Source: a virus
Taxonomy: Duplodnaviria; Caudoviricetes
Length of the DNA: 55,283 bases
Virus record (IMG/VR): IMGVR_UViG_3300012924_000011
Coordinates: 1 to 55,283 of that record
Direction: 5' to 3' (one strand)
The notes below the pieces were generated by a model that did not search any database, was not told the origin of the DNA, and saw only the letters and a list, made by a program, of their open reading frames with translations. Shown piece after piece: positions 38,306-47,704 of this stretch. The translations under genes and the position numbers were made by a program. Each line of letters begins with the position of its first letter. The stretch's first letter is position 1.

Positions 38306-38593
38306 TTAGGTGCTTTCCTTCGCGTTCAGTGCATCGCAGATAAATTTCAACGTGTCGGTCACGCCGGGCGACGGTGTATCGAAGAATTCGGACACGATCA
38401 AGAACGCACAGCGCATGCTGTTTTGCGTCGCTTGGTGATAGATCGTGTCATCATCGTTATGGGTGAAGCGTTGGTGCGCCCGGCAATGTGGGCAAGGTTC
38501 ATCACGCAGGATCGCGCGTTTGCATTTAGGGCAAAGATTGAATGGCGCTTCAACCTGATTGTTCGTTGGCTTAGCACGCTTGGTCATGATCAC
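38306..38593 (-). CDS. Hypothetical Zn-ribbon protein
   Basis: CPKC...CPHC; GAGG SD. Confidence 0.6.
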   Translation of the reverse strand: MIMTKRAKPTNNQVEAPFNLCPKCKRAILRDEPCPHCRAHQRFTHNDDDTIYHQATQNSMRCAFLIVSEFFDTPSPGVTDTLKFICDALNAKEST

Positions 38594-39087
38594 ATATCCT
38601 CATTGCCGATCAACGGATAAGCAACGCCGAACAACGCGTGCATTGATCCGCAGTTCGGACATTTCTTTCCGACGCCCGCGATGGACCAAGGAAATGCCCA
38701 AAAGCGGTTATCGCAGAATGGACATTCGATTTCAACACGTCGTCTGCCCATTTCGCTGATCACACGTCCGGTGGTCTTGTAAGGGCGTTGTGCATTCTCG
38801 CTGCGGTTGTGCTCACCTTTGGTGATGAATGGCACCTTGACCGTGCGTGGTGCAATCACTGGTACGATCGCTGCGTCATCAAACATGTGTTGCAATTGCG
38901 AACGAATGTTGTCGAGCAATTGCGTCGTCGTTATGCTCGTATCGGTTTTTCCATATTTGCCGGTGTGGCAATTATAATGACGATAATCACCCGGTTTAGG
39001 GCCGCTCTTGCCACCGTCACCACGTGCGCCATATTGCGCAGTCTTGCCGTGAATGACGGCACCGCCGCAGATGTCACATGTGGTCAT
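38590..39087 (-). CDS. Hypothetical Zn-finger protein
   Basis: C..C...H..C and CPFC...CPNC; GGAG SD. Confidence 0.7.
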   Translation of the reverse strand: MTTCDICGGAVIHGKTAQYGARGDGGKSGPKPGDYRHYNCHTGKYGKTDTSITTTQLLDNIRSQLQHMFDDAAIVPVIAPRTVKVPFITKGEHNRSENAQRPYKTTGRVISEMGRRRVEIECPFCDNRFWAFPWSIAGVGKKCPNCGSMHALFGVAYPLIGNEDM

Positions 39088-39260
39088 TAGTAAAACTCCG
39101 ATTGATTGGCTTTGCGACCGGCGATCAATGCTGCGGCTTCGGTCTTGAAGCGACGCGCACGGACTAGTTTGTCACAGAGTACCTTGTTGCCGCGATACGC
39201 GAACCAAAAATCATCGGCTGAACCAACGGTGGTAAAGCGGGCGGTTGTTTCGGTTTCCAT
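39087..39260 (-). CDS. 57-aa hypothetical protein, probably leaderless (not in ORF track)
   Basis: METETTARFTTVGSADDFWFAYRG...SEFY; ATG 6 nt after the -10 of promoter copy 6; TAATG coupling downstream. Confidence 0.6.
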   Translation of the reverse strand: METETTARFTTVGSADDFWFAYRGNKVLCDKLVRARRFKTEAAALIAGRKANQSEFY

Positions 39261-39266
39261 ATGATC

Positions 39267-39295
39267 GCTCTAATGGTCGTTGCGATGGTCGTCAA
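39267..39295 (-). promoter_or_regulatory. Repeated early promoter, copy 6
   Basis: TTGACG-accatcgcaacgaccat-TAGAGC. Confidence 0.8.
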
Positions 39296-39333
39296 GCGCT
39301 ATTTCATGTTGATCGATAAATTATCACCACGCG

Positions 39334-39363
39334 TTGACCGGCTAGCGCTGTCAAGGCTATATC
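39334..39363 (+). promoter_or_regulatory. Putative promoter of the packaging operon
   Basis: TTGACC-18 nt-TATATC, 7 nt before the terS ATG. Confidence 0.5.
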
Positions 39364-39370
39364 TGACCAT

Positions 39371-40000
39371 ATGAACGCGTTGACCACCATCGGCTTTGCC
39401 AGTGCCTACCGGCAGCTTCGGCCCGCTGAGAAGGTCTATGTAGACGCGTATGTTGCCGATACCGAACGCACAGCGGCGCGCAATGGCGAGCGGATCAGCT
39501 TGGCGCTTCATCGCGCGATCCCGGCGCAAATCATCGAACAGTCGCGCGGCATGCTCGATATCCCGCTTGTGCGTGCCGCCATCGCTGAACGGATCAACGA
39601 TCTCGCGGCATCGTCCGAATTGACTGTGCATCGTGTTGTAAAAGAGTTGATGGCAATCGCCTTTTCCAGCGTTGGCGACTACATGCAAATCGGCGAAGAT
39701 GGCATGCCGTATTTCGATCTTGCCCGATGCACGCCCGAACAGTTGAGCGCGATCAAGAGCATCGAATTCGAACAAACGGGTGGCGATGGTGGCTTTTCCC
39801 GCCCGACCAAGAGCAAGTTCAAGTTCGTCTTGCATGATAAGTTGGGTGGCATCGATAAACTTGCGACCTATATGGGCATGCTAGAGCGCGACAACCCGCA
39901 TTGGCGGCAAGATCAGCCGCGCCCGATTGGTCAATCGTTACCCGGTGCTGCTACCAATGATGACGCTGCGAATGCCTATGCTCAAATGATCAATGGATGA
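39371..40000 (+). CDS. terS: Terminase small subunit
   Basis: L..P.V.AAI.E...RVV.EL..IAFS...DY...K..L.DK...L..YMGM; upstream of terL. Confidence 0.85.
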   Translation: MNALTTIGFASAYRQLRPAEKVYVDAYVADTERTAARNGERISLALHRAIPAQIIEQSRGMLDIPLVRAAIAERINDLAASSELTVHRVVKELMAIAFSSVGDYMQIGEDGMPYFDLARCTPEQLSAIKSIEFEQTGGDGGFSRPTKSKFKFVLHDKLGGIDKLATYMGMLERDNPHWRQDQPRPIGQSLPGAATNDDAANAYAQMING

Positions 40001-40227
40001 CTGATATGCGCGTAATATCGAATGAATTGCATGGTGATCCTAATGCCGCTGCGCAAATTCGTGAGATTGCCGATTTGGTTGAAAGCGGTGCTGTTCGTGA
40101 TATCGTGATTGTGTATGATAATCGCAAAGAGAAGCATTTAGCTAGTTGGGGTGAATTCAGCGATCGTTGGCGGTTGCTTGGTGCGATCGAGTACGCCAAG
40201 AAACACATATTTAACGGTATGGGGTAG
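39997..40227 (+). CDS. Hypothetical protein between terS and terL
   Basis: Coupled to both neighbours; LLGAIE..K motif. Confidence 0.6.
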   Translation: MTDMRVISNELHGDPNAAAQIREIADLVESGAVRDIVIVYDNRKEKHLASWGEFSDRWRLLGAIEYAKKHIFNGMG

Positions 40228-41957
40228 TGTTCTTCGCCGATAACGCCGATCTATTCGAACCATCGGTAGTTATCGCGCCGATGGTCAAGTCATGGAAGCC
40301 TGTCGCACTCGCACACGATCAATGGCCTCCCGATTATCGTGGTGCCTATGCTTGGCGTATCGAGCAATTGACCAAGCTTCGCGGTGATGCTGCGTTGTTG
40401 CGATCGGCAAAAGCTTATTATTCGACGCGCCCCGCTGAATTCATCATGCATTGGATGGACACCTATAACCCGCGCAAGTCGGGCAATAAATGGGTGCCGT
40501 TCATATTCTTCATGAAGCAAGCGGAATTCATCACGTTTCTTGAAGAGTTGGACCGTGATCAAGAGAATGGTCTAGTCGAGAAGTGTCGCGATATCGGCGC
40601 AACGTGGCTGGCATGTGCTTATTCAGTGTGGAAATGGTTGTTTTCGTCCGATGATGCGACCGGTTGGGGATCGCGCGAGCAAGACTTAGTCGATAAAATC
40701 GGTGATCCTGACAGTATCTTCGAAAAGATGCGTTTGCTGATCAAGCGATTGCCCAATATTTGGTTACCGGAAGGCTTCAAGACGCGTGATCATGCGACGT
40801 TCATGAAGCTGATCAATCCTGATAATGGCGCGAATATCACCGGTGATATCGGTGATAATATCGGTCGTGGTGGACGTAAGGCGCGCGTGTTCAAGGATGA
40901 AAGCGCGCATTGGAAACGACCTGAACTAGCCGAAGCTGCACTTGGCGATAATACTAATGTTCAAATTGATATGTCGTCGGTGAATGGATTGGGCAACGTG
41001 TTCCATCGCCGTCGCGAAAGCGGTGTTGATTGGCAAGTCGGCGCGGTGATTGAAGCGGGCATGGTGCGTGTGTTCGTGTTCGATTGGCGCGATCACCCTG
41101 AAAAAAATCAAGCATGGTATGATCAGCGCAAAGCCAAAGCTGAGCGTGAAGGCATGCAGCATATATTTGCGCAAGAGGTTGATCGCAATTATAGCGCCGC
41201 TGTTCAAAACACGATCATTCCTTACGAATGGCTGCAAGCGTGCATCGATGCGCATTTGAAGGTGCCGTGTCTGCGTGTGCCGCCACCGAACGTGTGGATG
41301 GCGGGGCTTGATATCGCCGATGAAGGTCAGGACCGTAATGCGCAAGCGCTGCGTCAATGGATCATCTTGCGTAAGATTGAAGAATGGGGCGAGCGTGATC
41401 CCGGTGCGACGGCGCGCAAGTCGATCGCGATGGTCCGTCATATCAAAGGTATCAAAGTTCAATATGATAGCATCGGTGTCGGTTCAAACGTAAAATCGGA
41501 ATACAATCGACTGTGTGATGAAAAGGTTATCACTCCCCAAATCATTCAATATGTGGCGTGGAACGCTGGTGCTAAAGTCGTCAATCCATACGATCGCATC
41601 ATTCCGAATGATGATGAGAGTTTGTATAATCGCGACTTCTATCAGAACTTCAAAGCCCAAGCGTGGTGGTCGTTCCGTGCTCGTTGCTATAAAACGTTCA
41701 TGGCGATCACCCAAGACGCCGTTTATCCGGCCGATGATTTAGTCAGCTTCGACAGCGAGGGTCTCGGTGCCGAGTTGTATCCGCTCTTGAAGGAACTGGC
41801 GCAGTCTGTCAGTAAGCCAAGCGCAGGATTGAAAACAATGGTCGATAAAACTCCGGAAGGCACTAAAAGCCCGAACAAAGCGGATGCGACGATCATGGCG
41901 TATTTTCCGGCACCGGAAGAACATGGCTATGCGGTTAGTGGTGGATATTCAGGATGA
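40227..41957 (+). CDS. terL: Terminase large subunit
   Basis: EK.RD.GATW, GRGGR..R.F.DE.AH, SS.NG..N.F; nuclease GLD.ADEG.D, YDSIGVG, SPN.ADA. Confidence 0.93.
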   Translation: MFFADNADLFEPSVVIAPMVKSWKPVALAHDQWPPDYRGAYAWRIEQLTKLRGDAALLRSAKAYYSTRPAEFIMHWMDTYNPRKSGNKWVPFIFFMKQAEFITFLEELDRDQENGLVEKCRDIGATWLACAYSVWKWLFSSDDATGWGSREQDLVDKIGDPDSIFEKMRLLIKRLPNIWLPEGFKTRDHATFMKLINPDNGANITGDIGDNIGRGGRKARVFKDESAHWKRPELAEAALGDNTNVQIDMSSVNGLGNVFHRRRESGVDWQVGAVIEAGMVRVFVFDWRDHPEKNQAWYDQRKAKAEREGMQHIFAQEVDRNYSAAVQNTIIPYEWLQACIDAHLKVPCLRVPPPNVWMAGLDIADEGQDRNAQALRQWIILRKIEEWGERDPGATARKSIAMVRHIKGIKVQYDSIGVGSNVKSEYNRLCDEKVITPQIIQYVAWNAGAKVVNPYDRIIPNDDESLYNRDFYQNFKAQAWWSFRARCYKTFMAITQDAVYPADDLVSFDSEGLGAELYPLLKELAQSVSKPSAGLKTMVDKTPEGTKSPNKADATIMAYFPAPEEHGYAVSGGYSG

Positions 41958-42247
41958 CCAACATAACACGTAAGATTACACCAGCGCAAGAAAAGGCGCT
42001 TGAATGGTTTGACCGCAAGGGCGGGACCGGCGTGTTCACCAAGGATGGCAGCGCGGTCATTGCGGGCGGTGATCAAGGTTCATTCACTCGCGCCACGTGG
42101 ATCGCCTTGCGCGATGCTCTACGCGTCACCATCAACGGCACGCGGTTAACAAGTTTGACCAACGGTGCAATGGGCGCACCAATTGCCCGCAACCCGTCCG
42201 AACCATTCGCACATGGTATGATCAACGCATTGCCGGGGGCTGAATGA
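41954..42247 (+). CDS. Hypothetical protein
   Basis: ATGA coupling to terL and portal. Confidence 0.6.
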   Translation: MTNITRKITPAQEKALEWFDRKGGTGVFTKDGSAVIAGGDQGSFTRATWIALRDALRVTINGTRLTSLTNGAMGAPIARNPSEPFAHGMINALPGAE

Positions 42248-43980
42248 TGACCACCATTCGCACGATCAGCGCAGTTTATCCCGTCGCGTTCGACACCGGC
42301 TATATACCGACTACGGTGGAAGCCGTTCAAGCGGCGAAGATCGGCACGACGCGTCTTGAAAACGACGTGATGTTGAAGCGCTCGCCTGATAGCGCCGCCA
42401 TGCTCGATTATTGGGATTTGACCGACAACATTGTCGATGGGATCGGCGCGCTTCGCCTCGCTGGTGAAAAGTGGATGCCCAAGTTCGCCGATGAACAGGA
42501 CAAGGATTATCAATTTCGCCTGAAATCGACCAAGTTGACCAATGTCTACCGCGACACCGTTGAAGGGTTGGCATCGAAGCCGTTTCAACAAGAGGTTGAT
42601 TTGATCGAAGGTGACGACAATGGCACCAAGATCATCGTTCCCGATGCGATCAAGGAATTCACCGAAAACGTCGATGGTAGCGGCAATAATCTGACCATCT
42701 TCGCCGGTGCAACGTTTTTCAATGGGATCAATAGTGCGGTTGATTGGATTTTTGTCGATCATCCGCCTGCTGATCCGACAATTCGCACTCAGGCGGAGGA
42801 AAAAGCGGCATCGATCCGCCCATATTGGTCACATGTGCTCGGCCGTAACGTGCTTGAGCCGCGATCCAAGATGATCGGTGGCAAAGAGGTTATCACATAC
42901 GTTCGTTTGTTCGAACCGGGCCGACCCGATCATGTTCGCGTGTTCGAACGCGGCGACGACGGTATTGTGCGTTGGGAGTTGTTTGAGAAAACCACCAATT
43001 GGCGCGATATGGAAGGCGGTCAAACGCAATTCTTTCCAGTGCAGGGTGATGGCGGCGCAGGCGTGGTGACCATCGGTGTGATCCCGCTGGTGCCATTCAT
43101 CACCGGACGGCGCGACGGTCGCACGTTCAAACTATTTCCGGCAATGCGCGATGCCGCTGATCTTCAGATTGAGTTGTATCTGCAAGAAAGCGCATTGAAA
43201 TGGAATAAGCAACTTGGCGCTTATTCCATGCTCACCGGCGATGGTGTGAAACCACAAATGGAAGCCGATGGTACAACACCGAAAAAGATCGCGACCGGGC
43301 CGGGACGTGTGCTCTACGCACCAAGCGACGGTAATGGCAACAGCGGATCATGGAAGTTCATTCAGCCCGACGCTCAAGTCATGAAATTCCTTGCCGATGA
43401 CGTGAAAGAGACGATCGCACAGTTGCGCGAGTTAGGGCGGCAACCCTTGACCGCACAGTCGGGCAATCTGACAGTTATCACCACTGCCGTTGCGGCTGGT
43501 AAGGCAAAGAGTGCTGTTGCCGCATGGGCATTGATGCTGAAGGATGCGTTAGAGAACGCCATGTCCATCACCGCCAAATGGATGGCGATGAACGATTACA
43601 AGCCGAAGATTTATGTTTACACCGAGTTTGACGAATTCCTTGACGGCAAGGATTTGGACACCTTGGACGCTGATCGGGATCGAGGCGATATCTCGCAAGA
43701 GACATTGTGGGAAGAAAAGAAGCGTCGTGGTGTTTACGGATCGGAATTCACCGCCGATCGCGAGCGTGAACGACTTGATGAAGAGGAACAAGCATTGCTC
43801 GCCAAACAACCCAATGACGGCGGGTTGGACGGTACGGGCACCGGCGACGTGATCCCGCCACCAGCGCCGGGAACGCCGGGCCGTAATTTGCCGATGAACA
43901 ACGGCCTTGGTAAAATCACCCCGGCCAAGGAACCGGTCAAGTCGAAGTCACGTACACCGAATTTGGCACTGCCAACCTGA
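42244..43980 (+). CDS. Portal protein (DUF4055-like)
   Basis: Position after terL; P...E....Y..RL, N.DG.G..L..F, VD.P...RPY, G.IP.V, G.IS.ET..EE..RRG. Confidence 0.9.
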   Translation: MMTTIRTISAVYPVAFDTGYIPTTVEAVQAAKIGTTRLENDVMLKRSPDSAAMLDYWDLTDNIVDGIGALRLAGEKWMPKFADEQDKDYQFRLKSTKLTNVYRDTVEGLASKPFQQEVDLIEGDDNGTKIIVPDAIKEFTENVDGSGNNLTIFAGATFFNGINSAVDWIFVDHPPADPTIRTQAEEKAASIRPYWSHVLGRNVLEPRSKMIGGKEVITYVRLFEPGRPDHVRVFERGDDGIVRWELFEKTTNWRDMEGGQTQFFPVQGDGGAGVVTIGVIPLVPFITGRRDGRTFKLFPAMRDAADLQIELYLQESALKWNKQLGAYSMLTGDGVKPQMEADGTTPKKIATGPGRVLYAPSDGNGNSGSWKFIQPDAQVMKFLADDVKETIAQLRELGRQPLTAQSGNLTVITTAVAAGKAKSAVAAWALMLKDALENAMSITAKWMAMNDYKPKIYVYTEFDEFLDGKDLDTLDADRDRGDISQETLWEEKKRRGVYGSEFTADRERERLDEEEQALLAKQPNDGGLDGTGTGDVIPPPAPGTPGRNLPMNNGLGKITPAKEPVKSKSRTPNLALPT

Positions 43981-44020
43981 TCCCGATGCAGCACCGGGGA
44001 TTGTGCTGCACCATGCCCGC

Positions 44021-44060
44021 GATTGGATGATCAAAGGCGCAATGGGGTGGATGCCCTAAA
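44021..44060 (+). promoter_or_regulatory. Twin GGAU-loop hairpin leader element, copy 1 (scaffold)
   Basis: 34/40 identical to 45639..45678; abuts the scaffold SD. Confidence 0.7.
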
Positions 44061-44070
44061 GGAAATGAAC

Positions 44071-44907
44071 ATGCGTAAGACCAAAACTTTGATCGCATTG
44101 ATGACCACCGCGATCTTTCCCGTCGCCTTCGAAACCGGATCGCCCGGTTGGAAAAAGGATGCCGAGGGCAAGCTTGTGCTCGATGCCGAGGGTAATCCGA
44201 TCTTCGTCAACACGGCTGGCGTGGAACAATCGGTGAAAGGTGATACGATTACCAACCTTTCATCCGAAGCGAAGGGCCATCGCACCGCCAAGGAAACCGC
44301 CGAAGCGGCGCTTGCCAAATACAAGACGACCGATGGCAAGATGATCGATCCGGAAATCGCCGCCAAGGCGATCGAGACGGTCGGTAAGATCGACGCCAAG
44401 CAATTGATGGACACTGGCAAAGTCGAAGAATTGACCAACAACATCAAAGCGGGTTTCACCGTGCAGTTGACGGAAAAAGATGCCGCGTTGACCAAGGCGA
44501 ATGAGACGATCAACGGCATGAAGATCGACGGTGTGTTCAAGGGCAGCGAATTTATCGCCGACCGGGTTGCCATGCCGCGCGATTTCTTCGAAGCCGCAAT
44601 GCGGTCGAACTTCAAGGTCGAAGATGACGGCAAGATCGGCGCGTATGATCGCAGCGGCAATCGGCTGATGTCCAAAAAGAATGCCGGTGAATTCGCCGAT
44701 CCCAACGAAGCACTTGAATTGCTCGTTGAAATGCATCCGCAGAAAGATACGATCCTCAAGGCGAGCGGTGCAGGTGGATCGGGCAATAACGGCGGCGGCG
44801 GCGCACGTGGTGCTGGTCGGACGATGAAGCGCGACGATTTCCTTGCGCTTTCCCCGGCCGATCAATCAACGATCGCAACGAAGGGTGAAACGCAGATTGT
44901 CGATTGA
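44071..44907 (+). CDS. Capsid scaffolding protein (DUF6651-like)
   Basis: G.P.FV...G.E....I..L..EAK.HR; F..S.FI...F...FKVE.G...AYD..GN...S....GE.A...EALE.LV..HP.KD.ILK.SG..GSG. Confidence 0.85.
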   Translation: MRKTKTLIALMTTAIFPVAFETGSPGWKKDAEGKLVLDAEGNPIFVNTAGVEQSVKGDTITNLSSEAKGHRTAKETAEAALAKYKTTDGKMIDPEIAAKAIETVGKIDAKQLMDTGKVEELTNNIKAGFTVQLTEKDAALTKANETINGMKIDGVFKGSEFIADRVAMPRDFFEAAMRSNFKVEDDGKIGAYDRSGNRLMSKKNAGEFADPNEALELLVEMHPQKDTILKASGAGGSGNNGGGGARGAGRTMKRDDFLALSPADQSTIATKGETQIVD

Positions 44908-44923
44908 CGGTTAGATCGCCGGG

Positions 44924-45127
44924 CTAGCTCGGTTGATCTCCATGGCCCGCCGCGTTGGTCATTACGCGGCGGGCCATGTTGCGTTTAAGCCATTGCCTCG
45001 CTTGGATCGCACGATAAGCTTGCAATCGACCTAACCCCGGCAATCGAGATTGTTCCGCCTCAATCGCTTCGTCTGTGATGAACATGATGATCGCTCCTAT
45101 GGTTGTTGCGATCATCATGCCCGGCAC
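44924..45127 (-). CDS. Small hypothetical protein, antisense inside the head operon
   Basis: AGGAG SD near 45095-45099 suggests a start near 45088. Confidence 0.5.
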   Translation of the reverse strand: MPGMMIATTIGAIIMFITDEAIEAEQSRLPGLGRLQAYRAIQARQWLKRNMARRVMTNAAGHGDQPS

Positions 45128-45141
45128 GTCTTAACGAATGG

Positions 45142-45426
45142 TTAAAGAAAGCAACCCTCGCAAACGTCCATTTTGACGCCCGTGATACTTTCGATGCGAA
45201 CCGCTTCCGCGTCGGCTTTGATTTTCATCGCAGCCTTGCCCGTTTCATCGATCGTTTGATATTGAAAATACTGTTGGGTTTTAATCCCGGCAGATTTCAA
45301 TATAGCACGTTCTCTATCACGTCGTTCGCGTTGATCCTTGGTGGTTTCGTCTTTGGTCGCTTTATAGCAAACCGAGACGGACCAATGCGCACGTGATGGA
45401 TCGCCGCCAAAGAATGATTTGGTCAT
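45142..45426 (-). CDS. Hypothetical protein, antisense inside the head operon
   Basis: GGAGA SD; driven by the left arm of the IR promoter. Confidence 0.65.
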   Translation of the reverse strand: MTKSFFGGDPSRAHWSVSVCYKATKDETTKDQRERRDRERAILKSAGIKTQQYFQYQTIDETGKAAMKIKADAEAVRIESITGVKMDVCEGCFL

Positions 45427-45477
45427 CGTCATATCTCCAATGTCAAAGAGCGCGTCGGTTAAATCTGACCGACTTGA

Positions 45478-45584
45478 CGATAATAGCACATTAATTCCCG
45501 ATGGTCAAGCCCTTAAATTTGCGATGATCGTTGCGATGGTCGCATTGATGGTCTTGACCATCGGGAATTAATGTGCTATTATCG
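45478..45584. promoter_or_regulatory. Divergent identical promoters forming a perfect 32-bp inverted repeat
   Basis: Arms 45478-45509 and 45553-45584, each reading outward TTGACC-atcgggaattaatgtgc-TATTAT. Confidence 0.85.
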
Positions 45585-45638
45585 CCGGAACCGCTTGACC
45601 AACTGCGCCATCTTGAATTATGCAGTTGGCTTGCCGAT

Positions 45639-45678
45639 GGTTGGATGACCGGGGGCGCAACGGGGTGGATGCCCTAAA
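45639..45678 (+). promoter_or_regulatory. Twin GGAU-loop hairpin leader element, copy 2 (capsid)
   Basis: Near copy of 44021..44060 with a compensatory stem change. Confidence 0.7.
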
Positions 45679-45710
45679 CCGTTTTCAATTCCAGCCAATG
45701 AGGCATTCAA

Positions 45711-46970
45711 ATGATCACTCTCGGTACGGGCCGTAACATGCGGCTGATCCTTGCGGCGGGCGTTGCCCCCGCGATCCTTTCCCATTCGTCGGTCGGTTAT
45801 GCGAATACGCTGACTGCGCTGATCCCCGATATCTATGCGGCGTTGAACGTCGTTTCGCGCGAACTGGTCGGCTTCATCCCGTCCGCAATGCGCGCGCCGG
45901 GCGTCGAACGCGCGGCGGTCGGCCAATCGGTGAAAATCCCTTCCGTTGGCGTGCAGACGGCGCAGGATAACGTACCTGCCATGCAGGTGCCGACCCCGCC
46001 CGACAACACCTTTGCCACCGGTTCGATGGCGATCACGAAATCGCGGTTGGTGCCGTTCGGTTTCACCGGCGAAGAGCAAAGGGCGCTCAACACCGGTGGT
46101 CCCGGCTATCTGACTTCGCGCGGCATGATCATCGCCGAAGCGTTGCGCGCGTTGACCAACGAAATCGAGCGCGACCTTGCCGTCGAAGCGGCGGCAAACG
46201 CCAGTCGTGCCTATGGCACCGCAGGCACCACGCCGTTCGCCACTGCCAACGAGCTTTCCGATCTCGCGCAAATCAAGAAAATCCTCGATGACAATGGCGC
46301 GCCAGACGGCGGCTTGCGATCGTTGGTGCTGAACACCAGCGCGGGCGCGAACCTGATCACCGTGAAGAACCTCACGCGGGTCAACGAAGCGGGCACGCAA
46401 ATGACGCTTCGGCAGGGCGAGTTGCTCGATATCTTCGGCTTCTCGATCAAGCAAACCGGGCAGGCCGTTTCGCACACGAAGGGCACCGGCGCAGCACCGA
46501 CCACCAACGCAGCCGGGTATGCGGTCGGTGCGACGGTGATTACGCTGGCAGCGGCATCGACCGGCACGTTGACGGCGGGCGAAGTCATCCAGTTCGCGGG
46601 CGATCCCAACAAGTATCTGATCGCACCGGCTGGTGGTGATACCGACGTATCCAACGGCGGTACGATCACCATTGCAAAGCCGGGCCTGCAACAGGCGATC
46701 CCGGCTGCGGCGACGCTGATCACGTTGGCGAACACCTATGCCGCCAACGTCGGCTTCTCGGCAAACGCACTGCAAATCGCGATGCGTCCGCCCGCGACGC
46801 CGGAAGAGGGTGACCTTGCGGTTGACCGCATGCTGATCACCGATCCGCGTTCTGGTGTCACGTTCGAATTCGCGATCTATCTCGGCTTCGGCATGGTTCG
46901 CTATCAGGTCGCGCTGGCGTGGGGCGTGAAGGCGGTCAAGCCGGAACATATTGCTTTGCTTTTGGGATGA
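45711..46970 (+). CDS. Major capsid protein (P22 coat-like)
   Basis: ANTL..LIP.IY.AL.VVSRELVGFIP...L.DNGAP...LRQG.L.D..GF...TDPRSG..FE...Y......Y.V.LAWGVKAVKPEH.ALLLG. Confidence 0.93.
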   Translation: MITLGTGRNMRLILAAGVAPAILSHSSVGYANTLTALIPDIYAALNVVSRELVGFIPSAMRAPGVERAAVGQSVKIPSVGVQTAQDNVPAMQVPTPPDNTFATGSMAITKSRLVPFGFTGEEQRALNTGGPGYLTSRGMIIAEALRALTNEIERDLAVEAAANASRAYGTAGTTPFATANELSDLAQIKKILDDNGAPDGGLRSLVLNTSAGANLITVKNLTRVNEAGTQMTLRQGELLDIFGFSIKQTGQAVSHTKGTGAAPTTNAAGYAVGATVITLAAASTGTLTAGEVIQFAGDPNKYLIAPAGGDTDVSNGGTITIAKPGLQQAIPAAATLITLANTYAANVGFSANALQIAMRPPATPEEGDLAVDRMLITDPRSGVTFEFAIYLGFGMVRYQVALAWGVKAVKPEHIALLLG

Positions 46971-47041
46971 TTTCGGCTTTAGCTGATTGACACCCCCAAC
47001 ATTCCCGGTCATAACGTCGTCAAATGGCGGAGTGACCGGGA

Positions 47042-47677
47042 ATGGATTGGATCACGATTAAACCCTATCTTTACCGATGGGGGCACATGATGGATCGTTG
47101 TTATGATCCTGATCATCCGATGTTTCCCCGTTATGGTGGACGCGGTATAAAAGTTTGCGACGAATGGCATAATTTTGCCACATATGCGGTTCAATTGCCT
47201 GCCGGTTACTTTGATAAGGCGCACCTTGATCGCATTGATAATGATGGCGATTACGAGCCGCAAAACGTTCGTTGGGTTTCAGCGTTAGAAAATCATAATA
47301 ATCGAGCCGATCATTTTCGAATTGAATATGATGGGAGAACGCAAAACCTTTCACAATGGGCACGTGAATTGAATATCAACATCGCAACGCTTCATACTCG
47401 CTTGGCCGTGTGGGATTGGCCTGTTGAACGTGCTTTTGAAACACCGCCGTTAGATGCTGCACAACGAATGTTAGTCGCGCGAACGAAGCGATATGAAGGG
47501 CACGTTAAGAAAATCAATTTAACATCAAGGACGCATCGCAAAGTTATCTATGACGGTCGAATGGTGACGTTGACTGAATTGTCTAAAATTTGCGGTGTAT
47601 CCGTAAAACTGCTCTATAAGCGGATATTCGAAAGGGGATGGCCCATCGAAAAAGCCGTTATCATCAATAAAACCTAA
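47042..47677 (+). CDS. Free-standing HNH homing endonuclease
   Basis: W..M..RC......YGGRGI.VC.EW..F...LDRIDNDG.YEP.N.RW.....N.NN; two C-terminal repeated DNA-binding modules; AT-richer than flanks. Confidence 0.9.
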   Translation: MDWITIKPYLYRWGHMMDRCYDPDHPMFPRYGGRGIKVCDEWHNFATYAVQLPAGYFDKAHLDRIDNDGDYEPQNVRWVSALENHNNRADHFRIEYDGRTQNLSQWARELNINIATLHTRLAVWDWPVERAFETPPLDAAQRMLVARTKRYEGHVKKINLTSRTHRKVIYDGRMVTLTELSKICGVSVKLLYKRIFERGWPIEKAVIINKT

Positions 47678-47704
47678 ATGTTTTCAACGTGTGGAGTGAC
47701 CAAG

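Noticed and set aside
39371-39409. TerS N-terminus MNALTTIGF|ASA as a seventh leader
   Set aside because: Only a weak IGF match and very short; cannot be told from chance without homologues.
45618-47012. 464-aa antisense ORF over the capsid gene (also 18479..19327, 20822..21619, 44031..44786)
   Set aside because: Shadow frames of GC-biased real genes; Arg/His-rich composition with no RBS or motifs.
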